This document shows, in pieces, positions 50,322 through 60,267 of a DNA stretch of 64,000 nucleotides. Numbering within the stretch: the first letter of the stretch is position 1; each line of letters opens with the position of its first letter. The DNA comes from Deltaproteobacteria bacterium. GTDB taxonomy: Bacteria > Desulfobacterota > Binatia > Binatales > Binataceae. The notes under the pieces are model-generated. The model worked only from the letters and a program-made list of their open reading frames with translations, searched no databases and had not been told where the DNA came from. The position numbers and the translations under genes are program-made. The stretch is from contig JAJYRQ010000001.1 in the NCBI GenBank assembly GCA_021794015.1, forward strand, positions 39,448 through 103,447. The letters run 5' to 3'.

Positions 50322-51332
50322 GTGCGCGAAGTGAACTGGCTGGGGGACCTTGTGCTCAGCCTGCCGGCCTTGCGCGCCCTGCGCCGGCGCTTTGCCCGCG
50401 CGCATCTGGCGGTGCTCGTCAGGGAGGAGTTGGCCGGTTTCTTTGCCGGGCTTGACTGGGTAGATGAGGTGATTGCCTACCGCGTGCGGCGCGGAATACG
50501 CGGCCTGGCCGACCGCCTGAGCGTGGCCGGGGCGCTTCGCGCTCGCAGCTTTCCTCTGGCTGTGGTGTTGCCGAAAAGCTTTGATTCGGCGCTGTCGGTT
50601 GCGCTGGCGGGCATACCGATGCGGGTCGGCTGGCGCGCGCAGGGCCGCAGCTTTCTGCTTACCCACGCCAGCGCGCCTTGCGCCGGGGCCGAGCGCCACC
50701 AGGTCTATCATTGGCTTGCCATGGTTGCCGATACGCTGGCGGCGGCCGGGTCGCCCGACGACTACCGGTGTTTGCAAGCCAACCGGCTGCTGCGTGAGCG
50801 AATGGCGCAGTGGCTTGGGCAGCGGCGGCGCCGGCCGCAGGCCAAGCTGATCGCGCTTGCGCCCGAGGCCGCCTACGGGCCGGCCAAGCAATGGCCGGCG
50901 GCGCACTTCGGCGCGCTCATCGTCTTGCTGGCCGAGCGCTTCGGCGCCGAGTGCGTGATCGTGGGAGGGCAGCCCCAATGGCAACAGGCGGCGGTGGCGG
51001 CCGCCGGCCGGAGCGGGGCGATAATGGCCGCGGGCGAGACCGACGCGGCGCAGCTCGTGGCACTGCTGTCGCTGTGCGACGGCTTTGTCGGTAACGACTC
51101 CGGCCCGATGCATCTGGCGGCTTCTCTGGGCATTGCCGCGGTGGGCATCTTTGGCTCGACCGATCCCGGCCGAACCGGTCCCTTGGGAGCGCGCTCGGCG
51201 GTGTTGCACCGCCCGTTGGAATGCAGCCCCTGTTTTGCCCGGACTTGCCGGTTCGGCCATTACAATTGCCTGGTCGGGATCGGGCCCGAGCAGGCGGCGG
51301 CGCAGTTGGTGAAGCTCGGCGTTTTCGATTAG
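50322..51332 (+). CDS. Glycosyltransferase family 9 (ADP-heptose:LPS heptosyltransferase, WaaF/WaaC-like)
   Basis: GT9 motifs (GDLVLSLPALRAL at the N-terminus; GNDSGPMHLAAS...FGSTDP). Start uncertain (GTG at 50322 or ATG at 50217). Confidence 0.7.
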   Translation: MREVNWLGDLVLSLPALRALRRRFARAHLAVLVREELAGFFAGLDWVDEVIAYRVRRGIRGLADRLSVAGALRARSFPLAVVLPKSFDSALSVALAGIPMRVGWRAQGRSFLLTHASAPCAGAERHQVYHWLAMVADTLAAAGSPDDYRCLQANRLLRERMAQWLGQRRRRPQAKLIALAPEAAYGPAKQWPAAHFGALIVLLAERFGAECVIVGGQPQWQQAAVAAAGRSGAIMAAGETDAAQLVALLSLCDGFVGNDSGPMHLAASLGIAAVGIFGSTDPGRTGPLGARSAVLHRPLECSPCFARTCRFGHYNCLVGIGPEQAAAQLVKLGVFD

Positions 51333-51439
51333 AAGGCGCCGACGGCCCAGCTCGGCAACAGCCTGCGGCCCGGTGGGTCGCCGGGCAGGCTTGCCGGCGC
51401 AGCGGGTTGGGCCGGCCGGCACCGGAAGAGGCGTCGTTG

Positions 51440-52459
51440 ATGAAGCTTTCCGAATTGGCAGAAAAACTGGGACTCGAGCTGCGCGGCGACGGCGCCGTCG
51501 AGATCGACGCGCCGGCACCGCTCGAGCAAGCCGGCCCGGGCAGCGTGGTCTTCGTTGCGGGTCCGAAGTTCCTGGAGGCGCTGCGCGCTACCAGGGCCTC
51601 GTGCGCAATCGTCCCGGCCCGCTACGCGGGCCAGGCACCCTGCGCCGTGCTGGTAAGCGAACGTCCGTACCTGGACTTTGCGCGCGTGCTCGAACTGTTC
51701 TTTCCGCGGTGGCGGCCGGCGCCGGGCGTGGACGCGACCGCGCGCGTGGCGGACGACGCCGTGATCGGCGACGGTTCCTGGGTCGGGCCGTACGCCGTGA
51801 TCGGCGCCGGAGCCCGGATCGGCCGGCGCGCCGTGATTCATCCGCACGCGACCATATATGCCGCGGTCAGCGCGGGCGACGACTTTGTCTGCCACAGCCA
51901 CGTCTCGATTCGAGAGCGAGTTCGAATCGGCAACCGGGTGACCATTCTGAATGGCGCCGTGATCGGAGCCGACGGCTTCGGATTCACCGAGCAGGGCGCC
52001 GAATTGGTCAAGATTCCGCAGGTCGGCACCGTGGTGATCGAGGATGACGTGGAGATCGGAGCCAACGCGACGATTGACCGTGCCACGATGGGGGCGACGG
52101 TAATCGGGCGCGGCGTGCGGTTGGACAATCTGGTCCATATCGGCCACAACTGTGTCGTCGGCGAGTACTCGCGCTTTGCCGCCCAGGTCGGACTTGCCGG
52201 CTCGGTCCGGGTTGGCAAGTGGTGCCAGTTCGGCGGACAGTCCGGCTTTGCCGACCACGCCGTGGTGGGCGACCGCGCGCGCGTGGCGGCACAATCCGGC
52301 GTGCATCACGGCGTTGCCAGCGACGCTACCGTGGGCGGCACTCCGGCGGTCGATATTCGGCTGTGGCGCCGGATGGTTGCGGCCTTGGCGCGGTTGCCCG
52401 AGTTGATGCAGAGGCTGCGCGCGATTGAGGCGCGCCTGGGCAATGCGCAGCCGCGCTGA
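51440..52459 (+). CDS. lpxD: UDP-3-O-acylglucosamine N-acyltransferase
   Basis: Left-handed beta-helix hexapeptide repeats. LpxD-like N-terminal domain (MKLSELAEKLG). Confidence 0.85.
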   Translation: MKLSELAEKLGLELRGDGAVEIDAPAPLEQAGPGSVVFVAGPKFLEALRATRASCAIVPARYAGQAPCAVLVSERPYLDFARVLELFFPRWRPAPGVDATARVADDAVIGDGSWVGPYAVIGAGARIGRRAVIHPHATIYAAVSAGDDFVCHSHVSIRERVRIGNRVTILNGAVIGADGFGFTEQGAELVKIPQVGTVVIEDDVEIGANATIDRATMGATVIGRGVRLDNLVHIGHNCVVGEYSRFAAQVGLAGSVRVGKWCQFGGQSGFADHAVVGDRARVAAQSGVHHGVASDATVGGTPAVDIRLWRRMVAALARLPELMQRLRAIEARLGNAQPR

Positions 52460-52563
52460 ATACTTTCTGCCCTGCCGCTAAAGCCGCGCGCGGACCACCG
52501 CGGCAGGTCTTCGCTGCTTGACGGCTCGGCTTGTCCGGCAAACGAAGCTCAAAGAGGGACTCG

Positions 52564-52800
52564 ATGCGAACAAAAGAGAGAAGCGCAGGCAGGACCGTCC
52601 TGCGATGCGTGCTAACGCTGCTTCCCTTGGTCTTGGGCGGCTGCCTTTGGCTGGCCGTACCCAGCGCCGGATACCAGGGTTACCAGTACATGAACTCTTC
52701 GAAGTCCGGCCCCCAATCGGCGTCGCCCAAGGCCGACAGCAGCCAGCAATCCGCCAAACCGGCCAGTCAAGCCAAGCAGGCGCCTTTGCCCGTCGAGTAG
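52564..52800 (+). CDS. Small Ser/Gln/Lys-rich lipoprotein
   Basis: Signal peptide with lipobox LVLGGC, followed by a low-complexity tail. Confidence 0.45.
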   Translation: MRTKERSAGRTVLRCVLTLLPLVLGGCLWLAVPSAGYQGYQYMNSSKSGPQSASPKADSSQQSAKPASQAKQAPLPVE

Positions 52801-53266
52801 CGAGTTGGCGCCGGCGTAGCCTCAGCGCTCGAGGCCGGGCCAGCGCTCCTCGAGCTCGCGCTGCAGCGCGCGCATCGGCGCGCGGATGGCGGGCGCGCCT
52901 GCAACGAGCCGGCTGACCAGCGCCCTTAACTTTACACTCAGCGGCGATGGTCGCGGGGCGCTGCGATCCATGTCCAGTTCGGGCTCGACCACTGTGCTGC
53001 CGTTGCTCTGCCGGCCGGTTTCTCCCGGCCAACTCCTGCGCTCGACCACCTCGTCCACCTCCTCGCCGCTTTCGGCGCGCAAGTTAGGATAGCCGCGCGC
53101 CGCAGGCGCCACAAGGCGCGGGCGTCGATTAGCCGCTGGGACCTTGTGGAAGCGCGAGCGCCGGCGCGGGAGCAAAGCCGGCGCGCGCGAGCGCAGGCCG
53201 ACGACCGCGGGGCGAGAACCGAAAAGCGGGCGCAGGCGTTGGGGTACGGCTGCGGGCGCCGCGCGG

Positions 53267-54148
53267 TCAGGGCTTGATGATCACCAGGGTGCCGACCGGG
53301 AGACGGCGGTCGAGTTCTAAAATCGCGGCGTTATCGAGCGAGATGCAGCCGGTGGTCCAGTTTATATTGCCGGCGTTGAGAATCGGCTGGTCGGTGCCGT
53401 GGATTCCAATTGCGCCGCCCAGCGCTGCCGGCCGGCGGCCGACCACCGGGACCAGGCCCGAGCGGCGCATCTGGTAGTAGCGCTGCCGGTCGCCCGCGTT
53501 CGGGTAGTTGATGCGCAGAAAGCGCGTGAAGCGCGGGCTCCGGTACTTGTGCACGATGAAGTAGACGCCCTCGGGCGTGCGCCGGTCGCCCGCCCAAAGC
53601 TTCGGTCCGCCTTCGAGGCGGCGCCCGAACACTGCGCGATACGTCTGGTAAAGGCGGCCTTGGTAGTAGACCGCAAGCTGATGGCGCGATTTGTAGACGA
53701 TCACGAACCAACTCTCGGGATCGGCAAAAGACCCGTCGCGCGTCGCCTCGAAGGCCGCTCGGCCGGGGGTGCGAGCGGCGCGGCCGGCTCCGTCGGCGTC
53801 GGGAGGCGAAAGATGTACGGCCGCAAGAGCCTTCCCGGCAGACAGCGGGGCGGTCGCGCTCGCTTTGCCGTCAACGGGACCCCTTTTGGCCGAAGCGCCC
53901 TCGGCCCCGCCGGCCCAGCCTGCGTTAGAGGGGCGCTTGCCCTGATCGCCGGGCCCGAGGCTCGCGGCTTTCGCCGCTGGCCCGGCCGATGCTGCCAACG
54001 GCGGCGCGGTCGAGGGCCCGTTGCCGGCAGCCACGGCCGCTGGCGTTACGTCGGCGGCGCGCGCCGGCTTGAGCGCGCCGGGCGCGCTCAAGCCGGTCAC
54101 CGAACCAAGCAATGCTATCAGAAACAGGAAGCCTGTTCGGTATTTCAT
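53267..54148 (-). CDS. L,D-transpeptidase (YkuD domain) with a signal peptide and an Ala/Gly/Pro-rich linker
   Basis: Catalytic GIHGT...TTGCISL motif at the C-terminus. N-terminal signal peptide MKYRTGFLFLIALLGSVTG. Confidence 0.75.
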   Translation of the reverse strand: MKYRTGFLFLIALLGSVTGLSAPGALKPARAADVTPAAVAAGNGPSTAPPLAASAGPAAKAASLGPGDQGKRPSNAGWAGGAEGASAKRGPVDGKASATAPLSAGKALAAVHLSPPDADGAGRAARTPGRAAFEATRDGSFADPESWFVIVYKSRHQLAVYYQGRLYQTYRAVFGRRLEGGPKLWAGDRRTPEGVYFIVHKYRSPRFTRFLRINYPNAGDRQRYYQMRRSGLVPVVGRRPAALGGAIGIHGTDQPILNAGNINWTTGCISLDNAAILELDRRLPVGTLVIIKP

Positions 54149-54557
54149 CGGGGCTTTTGAAAATCGGATGGCCGGGTGGCTACTCGAAAGCAGCGAACAT
54201 CGTTGATACTGATTTTGTGCAACTTGGGCAGTCCAGTCAACGTACCTCACTTGCAGCAGGGGCCGGCGTCCCGGCGCTCGCGCATGCGCGGATTGGCGCG
54301 CCGCGGCGTTGCGCCGCCCCGGCGTGAGACAAGAGTCTCAGCCGCAAAGTGGTTTAGGCGGTGGGCAGCGTCACAGAAGGCGGGCTTTTGTAGGCTTTGC
54401 CCCGCCTGACGGCGACTACTTCCGCCTTTACCATTGCCGGCGGGCCGCGCCCCATTACGCTATGCCATCGTGAGCCGCGCCGGTGCCGCGCTCCGCGGGG
54501 TCGCGGCGAATTGACCCTTTGCCGATCGGTCTGGTAGGCTTTACGGGCAAGCGACGG

Positions 54558-55037
54558 ATGGTCATGCCTCTGGACGCGCAGTCGCTGCGCCGGGTCATCG
54601 GACATTTTCCAACCGGAGTGGGTGTCGTCACCACGCGGTCGGAGACAGGTTCGATCCACGGTCTTACGGCCAACGCGGTGACGTCGGTTTCGCTGGTCCC
54701 GCCGCTGCTCTTGATTTGCATCGACAAGAAGGCCCGGAGCCTGTTGCATTTGGAGCGAAGCGGCATCTTTACCGTCAATATACTTGCCGCCGGGCAAGAG
54801 GAGCTGTCGCGCCGCTTCGCCACGAGCGGCGGCGAGAAGTTCGAGGGCGTCAGCTACCGGGTCGGAGACAACGGCGCGCCGCTGCTCGAAGGCGCCGTGG
54901 GCTATCTCGAATGCAGCGTCTGGGCCCGGCACGAGGCGGGCGACCACGTCATCTTCCTCGGTCAGGTAGAAAGGGCGGAGGCCCGGCGCAGCGACCCGCT
55001 GGTCTTTTTCCGCGGCCGCTACCGGATGCTCGACTAG
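54558..55037 (+). CDS. Flavin reductase-like (NADH:FMN oxidoreductase, RutF/HpaC family)
   Basis: Flavin_Reduct domain motifs (FPTGVGVVTT..., GDHVIFLGQV). Confidence 0.75.
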   Translation: MVMPLDAQSLRRVIGHFPTGVGVVTTRSETGSIHGLTANAVTSVSLVPPLLLICIDKKARSLLHLERSGIFTVNILAAGQEELSRRFATSGGEKFEGVSYRVGDNGAPLLEGAVGYLECSVWARHEAGDHVIFLGQVERAEARRSDPLVFFRGRYRMLD

Positions 55038-55055
55038 CATCAGTCGGCCGGTCCG

Positions 55056-55862
55056 ATGAACGATTCAGCGCGCCTGGGAACTGCCGCGGACCAGGGCAAA
55101 GCGAGCGTAGTTTCGCTCGCCCAGCCGAGCCGACCGCTGCCGGGGCTGAGCGTCTTCCTTCCGGCCTACAACGAAGAGGAAAACATCGAGCGGGTGGTCG
55201 CCGGCGTCCTGGCCCACCTCCCCGCCATCGCCGACGACTACGAAGTGATCGTGGTGGATGACGGCAGCGCCGACCGCACGCCGCGGATCGCCGACCGTCT
55301 GGCCGCCGCAAACAGCCGCGTACGGGCCGTACATCACCAGACCAACCGCGGCTACGGCGCAGCGGTGGCCTCGGGCATGGCCGCCGCTCGACAACCCTTC
55401 GTTGCGCTGCTGGACGCCGACGGCCAGTTCGACCCGGCGGACCTGGCGACGCTGGCGCGTTTTGCCAGCGACAACGACGCCGTGATCGGTTGCCGGGCGG
55501 TCCGGGCCGACCCGCTGGTGCGACGGATTTACGGCTGCGGCTGGACCCTGCTGATGCGTCTTTTTTTCGGTCTTGGAGTGAGCGACCTGAACTGCGGTCT
55601 TAAGCTTTTTCGGCGCTCGACCGTGGAGAAGATCGAGCTTCAAGCGAGCGGTGCGCTGGTTACCGCCGAGTTGATGGTTAAGCTGCTGGCCCGAGGCGCG
55701 CGGATTCGCGAGGTCGAGGTGCGCCATTTGCCGCGGCTCCAAGGGCAGCAGACCGGCGCCCGTCCGGCGGTTGTTTTGGGGGCGTTCCGGGAGCTGGTCT
55801 TGCTTTTTCCCGGCCTTTGGGCGGCGCGTTGGGGCGGCCGCAGGGGCGGCGGCGGGCGCTAG
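55056..55862 (+). CDS. Glycosyltransferase family 2 (polyprenyl-phosphate sugar synthase-like)
   Basis: GT-A fold with VVDDGSAD and a DAD motif (LDADGQFDP). Confidence 0.75.
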   Translation: MNDSARLGTAADQGKASVVSLAQPSRPLPGLSVFLPAYNEEENIERVVAGVLAHLPAIADDYEVIVVDDGSADRTPRIADRLAAANSRVRAVHHQTNRGYGAAVASGMAAARQPFVALLDADGQFDPADLATLARFASDNDAVIGCRAVRADPLVRRIYGCGWTLLMRLFFGLGVSDLNCGLKLFRRSTVEKIELQASGALVTAELMVKLLARGARIREVEVRHLPRLQGQQTGARPAVVLGAFRELVLLFPGLWAARWGGRRGGGGR

Positions 55863-55985
55863 GGTTCAGGCGGCTGGGTGGGGCGCCGGCAAAGGGCGCA
55901 ACGAGACTGTGGGCTGCGCGCGCAGCAGAAAAGTGCGCGGCAGCGATGGCGCCGGCTTTGCGCGCTGGTATAATTAAAGCCAACG

Positions 55986-56744
55986 GTGGGCTATGCTCGG
56001 CCGCACACCTTGAAGCAGACAAAGGTCGCTCTGGTAGTCACGGTTGTTGTGGTGGCTTTGCTCGCCGCTCGGGGGCCTCTGTTAGCCTTGGCCGGGGACG
56101 GCGTCGGCGCGTCGGTAAAAGAGCAGGTAAAAGAGCAAATCTGTGACCCGACGGCCGACTATTTTCTCGGCCTCGAGGACTATCCCCGCGCCATCGAGCT
56201 CCATCGCCAGGTCATTCGGCGCGACCCGTCCAACGCCCTGGCGCATTACCATCTGGGCTTTGCCTATGGCATTACGGGCCACCACAAGCACGAGTTGAGC
56301 GAGTATCGCAAGGCCATCGATCTCGGTTTCGACGATTGGCAGCTTTTCCTGAACCTGGGGTTGCTTTATCTGGAACAGGGCCATTTGCGGGTGGCAACCG
56401 ACGTACTGCGCCTGGCCGCGCTGCTCGGAGATAATACCGCCGAGACCCATTTCAATCTCGGCTTGGCGCTGGAGCGGCGGGGCATGCTCGGACAGGCGGC
56501 GCGCGAGATGCTGGTGGCGGCGCGGCTTGACCCGGCCCAGGACGACGCGCGCAACATGCTCGGTGTTATTTACGCGGAGCAGGGCAGGCTTGCCCAGGCG
56601 CGCGCCGAATGGACGGCCATCCTGCGCGACCGGCCCGACTATCTGCCGGCGCGGATGAACCTTTCGGTTTTGACTCGCCTGGAACGCACCGGCGCGCCGG
56701 CGCACGAGCCGGTACGGCCCGGGACTTTCGCGCGCACGCCTTAG
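55986..56744 (+). CDS. TPR-repeat protein with an N-terminal TM/signal segment
   Basis: Several TPR-like repeats (AHYHLGFAYG, FNLGLAL, LGVIYAEQGRLAQA). Confidence 0.6.
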   Translation: MGYARPHTLKQTKVALVVTVVVVALLAARGPLLALAGDGVGASVKEQVKEQICDPTADYFLGLEDYPRAIELHRQVIRRDPSNALAHYHLGFAYGITGHHKHELSEYRKAIDLGFDDWQLFLNLGLLYLEQGHLRVATDVLRLAALLGDNTAETHFNLGLALERRGMLGQAAREMLVAARLDPAQDDARNMLGVIYAEQGRLAQARAEWTAILRDRPDYLPARMNLSVLTRLERTGAPAHEPVRPGTFARTP

Positions 56745-56794
56745 CGGCTTTAAGAGCCGGTTTGGGCGGGGTGAGGATAGGGGAGGTGGTGTCG

Positions 56795-58069
56795 TTGGCG
56801 TTGCCCAAAGGGTTCGTTGCAAAATACTGCGTTGTCGTGGCGGCGGCGGCCCTGGTGCTGGCGGGTCCGGCCTCCGGTGCGGCCGATGCCGCCCGCCGGC
56901 GGCATCACCGCGCCTACCACAGCACGCGCCGCGCAAGGGTGCGCCGGGTGGTCGCCGCGCCGCCGTTTCGGGCGGCGCTGCTGGAGGATGCCGATACCGG
57001 CCGCGTGCTTTACGCCGTCAACCCGGAGTTACAGTGGCCGCCGGCGTCGATGGCCAAGATGATGCTGCTGTTGGTGGCTGCCGACCAAATAAGGGCCGGA
57101 CGAGCGCAGCTTGACGACCCGGTGCGCATCTCGCGCCGGGCGGCACGTACCGGCGGTTCGCACGTCCTGCTTTCCCCGGGGGAGGTCGTTCCCCTGGGTG
57201 ACCTGATGAAGGCGGCCCTTATCCAGTCGGCCAACAATGCCGCGGTGGCGGTGGCGGAGCGAATTGCCGGCTCGGTGGAAGCCTGCGTCCGAATGATGAA
57301 CGAACGAGCCCGCCGGCTCGGCCTGACCCATACGCGTTTCGCTACGGTCAACGGCCTGCCCCCTCGTCCGGGGCACGACGTGGACGTGACCGACGCTCGC
57401 GACTTGGCGGCGCTGGGCCGCGCGCTCATTCGGGAGACCAACCTCCTGCAATGGTCCTCGCAAAGCCGGGCAAGCTTCATGGATGGCCGGGTCATCCTGC
57501 GCAACACCAATCACCTGGTGGGCGTTTTCCCCGGCTGCGACGGACTCAAGACCGGCTACACCTTCAAATCCGGCTTCAATCTGACGGCCACCGCGCGGCG
57601 CGGCAATCTGAGACTGCTTGCCGTCGTACTGGGAGCGCCGACCAATCGCCAGCGATTTGCCCAGGCGGCGCGTCTGCTCGACTGGGGATTCGAGCACTTC
57701 GCCAAGCTCAGGCTCTTCCAGGCCGGTGAACTGCTGCCGGTCTTCACCCAGGTGGGCCCGGGACAACTCGTTCAGCCGGTCGCAGAAACTAGCGTGGAGG
57801 TCCTGGTCGCGCGAGAGGACCTCGACCGGATAAGCCTCGACTACGACGTGCCGGCGTCGGTCGCCGGCCCGCTGTTGCCCAACATGCCGCTGGGACAAGT
57901 CGTGGTGCGGGTCGGAGAACGCGTGCTGGCGCGGGCCGAGGCGATCTCTGCCTTAGCGCCGGTTGCCGGCGCCGGCGCCCGGTCTTTATCGGCCGTGCTA
58001 CACCGCAGCTATCTAGCGCCGCCCGGCGCCGAGGAGCTGCCGGCGCAAATGGGAGTAAGAATCCGATGA
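56795..58069 (+). CDS. dacC: D-alanyl-D-alanine carboxypeptidase (PBP5/6 family)
   Basis: SxxK (SMAKMM), SxN (SANN) and KTG motifs. Signal peptide. TTG start with a GGGAGG RBS. Confidence 0.75.
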   Translation: MALPKGFVAKYCVVVAAAALVLAGPASGAADAARRRHHRAYHSTRRARVRRVVAAPPFRAALLEDADTGRVLYAVNPELQWPPASMAKMMLLLVAADQIRAGRAQLDDPVRISRRAARTGGSHVLLSPGEVVPLGDLMKAALIQSANNAAVAVAERIAGSVEACVRMMNERARRLGLTHTRFATVNGLPPRPGHDVDVTDARDLAALGRALIRETNLLQWSSQSRASFMDGRVILRNTNHLVGVFPGCDGLKTGYTFKSGFNLTATARRGNLRLLAVVLGAPTNRQRFAQAARLLDWGFEHFAKLRLFQAGELLPVFTQVGPGQLVQPVAETSVEVLVAREDLDRISLDYDVPASVAGPLLPNMPLGQVVVRVGERVLARAEAISALAPVAGAGARSLSAVLHRSYLAPPGAEELPAQMGVRIR

Positions 58070-58188
58070 ATGTTGCTTCGCGAAAGCGCAACGCACGCCT
58101 GCGCAAGCTCACCCGCAAACGGCGCTCCCGCACCGACCAGGTTCGCGCTCGGCGCCGGCGCCTGGTGCGCAAGCGCCGCGCTCGCTAA
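58066..58188 (+). CDS. Possible 40-aa highly basic peptide translationally coupled to dacC
   Basis: ATGA overlap with the dacC stop. GGGAG located 9 nt upstream. 22 of 40 residues are Arg/Lys (MNVASRKRNARLRKLTRKRRSRTDQVRARRRRLVRKRRAR). Confidence 0.3.
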   Translation: MNVASRKRNARLRKLTRKRRSRTDQVRARRRRLVRKRRAR

Positions 58189-58883
58189 ACCTCCGGCTTA
58201 GGCCTGCCGGGCCCGATCGGCCGCTCGTACCCGGTCACGTAAGAGGGAACGGCAATCCCGCCAGGCAGGCGCGGGTCGGGTCGCGCCGCCAGCGGCGTGA
58301 GCCGAAGCGGCAGCTCTCCGGCCCACAGCGGCAGTTCGTAGTCACTCTCGTCGTCCAGCGGCGGCCCCGTCCTGACCTTGGCCGAAGCTTCGCTGAGCGC
58401 CAGCGCCAAGAGCTTGGTCTGTCTGAGCTCCGCCTCGCTGGGATGGCGCGCGTCGGCCCATCGTCCGGGCACGACATGCTCGACGACTGCCTGCAGGGCA
58501 CGCCGCTGCTCGCGCAAATCGACCACCTCGCGCGCTCGCCCGAAAACCATCACCGATCGGTAGTTCATCGAGTGATGAAAGGCCGAGCGGGCCAGCACTA
58601 GCCCGTCAAGAATCGTTGCCGTAAGGCACACCTCGACGCCCTCGGCCAGGGTCCGCAGCATGCGGCTTGCCGACGAACCGTGCAGGTAGACCACCTCCCG
58701 GAGCCGAGCGTGGATGGTCGGGATCACGAACGGTTGGCCGTCCACCACAAAGCCAACATGGCAAAAGAGGGCCTCGTCGAGGATAGCGTGGACGGTTTGG
58801 CGATCGTAGCGGGCGCGCGCCGGGCGCCGGCGCACCGTGGTGCGTGGAGTCCGGGTGAAGTGGTCTTTGGTTTGGCTTGGCAT
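58185..58883 (-). CDS. Pyridoxamine 5'-phosphate oxidase family (FMN-binding split-barrel) protein
   Basis: PNPOx-like fold (ARYDRQTVHAILDEALFCHVGFVVDGQPFVIPT...). Divergent from the MocR-type regulator. Confidence 0.65.
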   Translation of the reverse strand: MPSQTKDHFTRTPRTTVRRRPARARYDRQTVHAILDEALFCHVGFVVDGQPFVIPTIHARLREVVYLHGSSASRMLRTLAEGVEVCLTATILDGLVLARSAFHHSMNYRSVMVFGRAREVVDLREQRRALQAVVEHVVPGRWADARHPSEAELRQTKLLALALSEASAKVRTGPPLDDESDYELPLWAGELPLRLTPLAARPDPRLPGGIAVPSYVTGYERPIGPGRPKPEV

Positions 58884-58889
58884 TTGTGC

Positions 58890-58916
58890 TAGTACGTTCC
58901 TAGTAAAGTGTTAGTA
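58890..58916. promoter_or_regulatory. Three TAGTA direct repeats at 11-bp spacing in a 25-bp divergent intergenic region (candidate MocR operator)
   Basis: cTAGTAcgttccTAGTAaagtgtTAGTAcatg. The repeats span both start codons. The block is AT-rich within a high-GC genome. Confidence 0.4.
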
Positions 58917-60230
58917 CATGATTACATAACCGGCCGCACTGCCGTCAAGATTGCCGCCGGGATCGAAGCCTGCCTACGGGCTGGCCGACTCAAGCCGGGC
59001 GCGCTGCTGCCCCCGGTGCGCCGCCTTGCGCGTTCGCTTGGAGTAAGCCCGGCGACGGTTTTGGCGGCTTACCGCGAGCTCAGGCTGCGCGGCCTGCTCA
59101 CGGGCGAGGGCCGGCGTGGCAGTCGGATTGCCGCGCGGCCTGCGCTGGCGCTTGCCGTGGAGGCGCCCATTGCGCCAGGCGTGCGCGACTTGTCCGATGG
59201 CAATCCTGCGGCTGAGTTGCTGCCGGCGCTAAGACCTGTGCTATCCCGACTTGGCCGGGTGCCGGTGCTTTACGGCGCGCCGGTGGCGCTGCCGGAGCTG
59301 CTGAAGCTTGCGCGCCGCGACTTCGAGGCGGACGCAATACCGGCTGAGAACATCGCGGTGGTTGGCGGCTCGCTGGACGGAATTGAACGGGTGGTGCAGG
59401 CTCAGCTTCGGTCCGGAGACCGGGTTGCGGTCGAGGACCCGGGCTTTCCACGGGTATTCGACTTGTTACTGGCACTGGGCCTGCGCCTGGTTGCAGTGGC
59501 GGTAGATGATGACGGTCCCCGCCCGCAGGCGCTTGCGCAGGCGCTGCGCTCAGGGGTTCAGGCCTTTATCGTGACGCCGCGGGCGCAAAATCCCACCGGC
59601 GCCGCGCTTAGCGCTGAGCGGGCGGAAGAGCTGCGCCAGGTTCTTCGCGCCTATCCTGACTGCCTGGTAATCGAAGACGATCATGCGGGCATGGTCTGCG
59701 GGGCGCCGGCGACCTCTCTGGTCGAACCAGGGTGCGCGCGCTGGGCGGTGCTCCGGTCGGTATCGAAGTGGCTCGGGCCCGATTTGCGGTTGGCCTTGAT
59801 GGCGGGCGATGCGACCACGGTGGCCAGGGTTGAGGGGCGACGCCTGCTTGGCACCGGCTGGGTAAGCCATCTTTTGCAGCGGCTGGTGGTGGGGTTGTGG
59901 TCGGCCCAAAGCACGCTTGAGCTTTTGCAGCGTGCCGCCCGGGTCTACGCTGAGCGGCGGCAGGCGCTGCTTGCGGCGCTGGCGCAACACGGTCTTACGG
60001 CGCGCGGGCGCTCGGGCCTTAACGTATGGGTCGAGGTGCCCGAGGAGGCTGCGGTCGTTCAGGCGCTGCTCAAAGCGGGTTGGGCGGTCGCCGCGGGCGA
60101 GCGCTTCCGGCTGCAGAGCCGGCCGGCCGTGCGTGTTACGGCTTCCAGCCTTGAGCCGGCCGAGGCCAGCGCGCTGGCGCGCCACTTGGCGCGATGCTTG
60201 GAGCAGCGCCGGCGCACGCCGCAAAGCTAA
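58908..60230 (+). CDS. MocR/GabR-type transcriptional regulator (GntR HTH plus aminotransferase-fold domain)
   Basis: N-terminal GntR HTH (LPPVRRLARSLGVSPATVLAAYRELRLRGLL). Class I/II aminotransferase-like C-terminal domain of about 350 aa. GTG start. Confidence 0.8.
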   Translation: MLVHDYITGRTAVKIAAGIEACLRAGRLKPGALLPPVRRLARSLGVSPATVLAAYRELRLRGLLTGEGRRGSRIAARPALALAVEAPIAPGVRDLSDGNPAAELLPALRPVLSRLGRVPVLYGAPVALPELLKLARRDFEADAIPAENIAVVGGSLDGIERVVQAQLRSGDRVAVEDPGFPRVFDLLLALGLRLVAVAVDDDGPRPQALAQALRSGVQAFIVTPRAQNPTGAALSAERAEELRQVLRAYPDCLVIEDDHAGMVCGAPATSLVEPGCARWAVLRSVSKWLGPDLRLALMAGDATTVARVEGRRLLGTGWVSHLLQRLVVGLWSAQSTLELLQRAARVYAERRQALLAALAQHGLTARGRSGLNVWVEVPEEAAVVQALLKAGWAVAAGERFRLQSRPAVRVTASSLEPAEASALARHLARCLEQRRRTPQS

Positions 60231-60235
60231 AGCCC

Positions 60236-60267
60236 TGCGCCGGCGTGCTGTGGCCGCCGGCGCAGGC
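60236..60267 (+). terminator. Strong GC hairpin immediately after the mocR stop
   Basis: CCTGCGCCGGCG-tgctgtg-GCCGCCGGCGCAGG, a 12-bp perfect stem. There is no U-tract, as is common in high-GC genomes. Confidence 0.45.
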
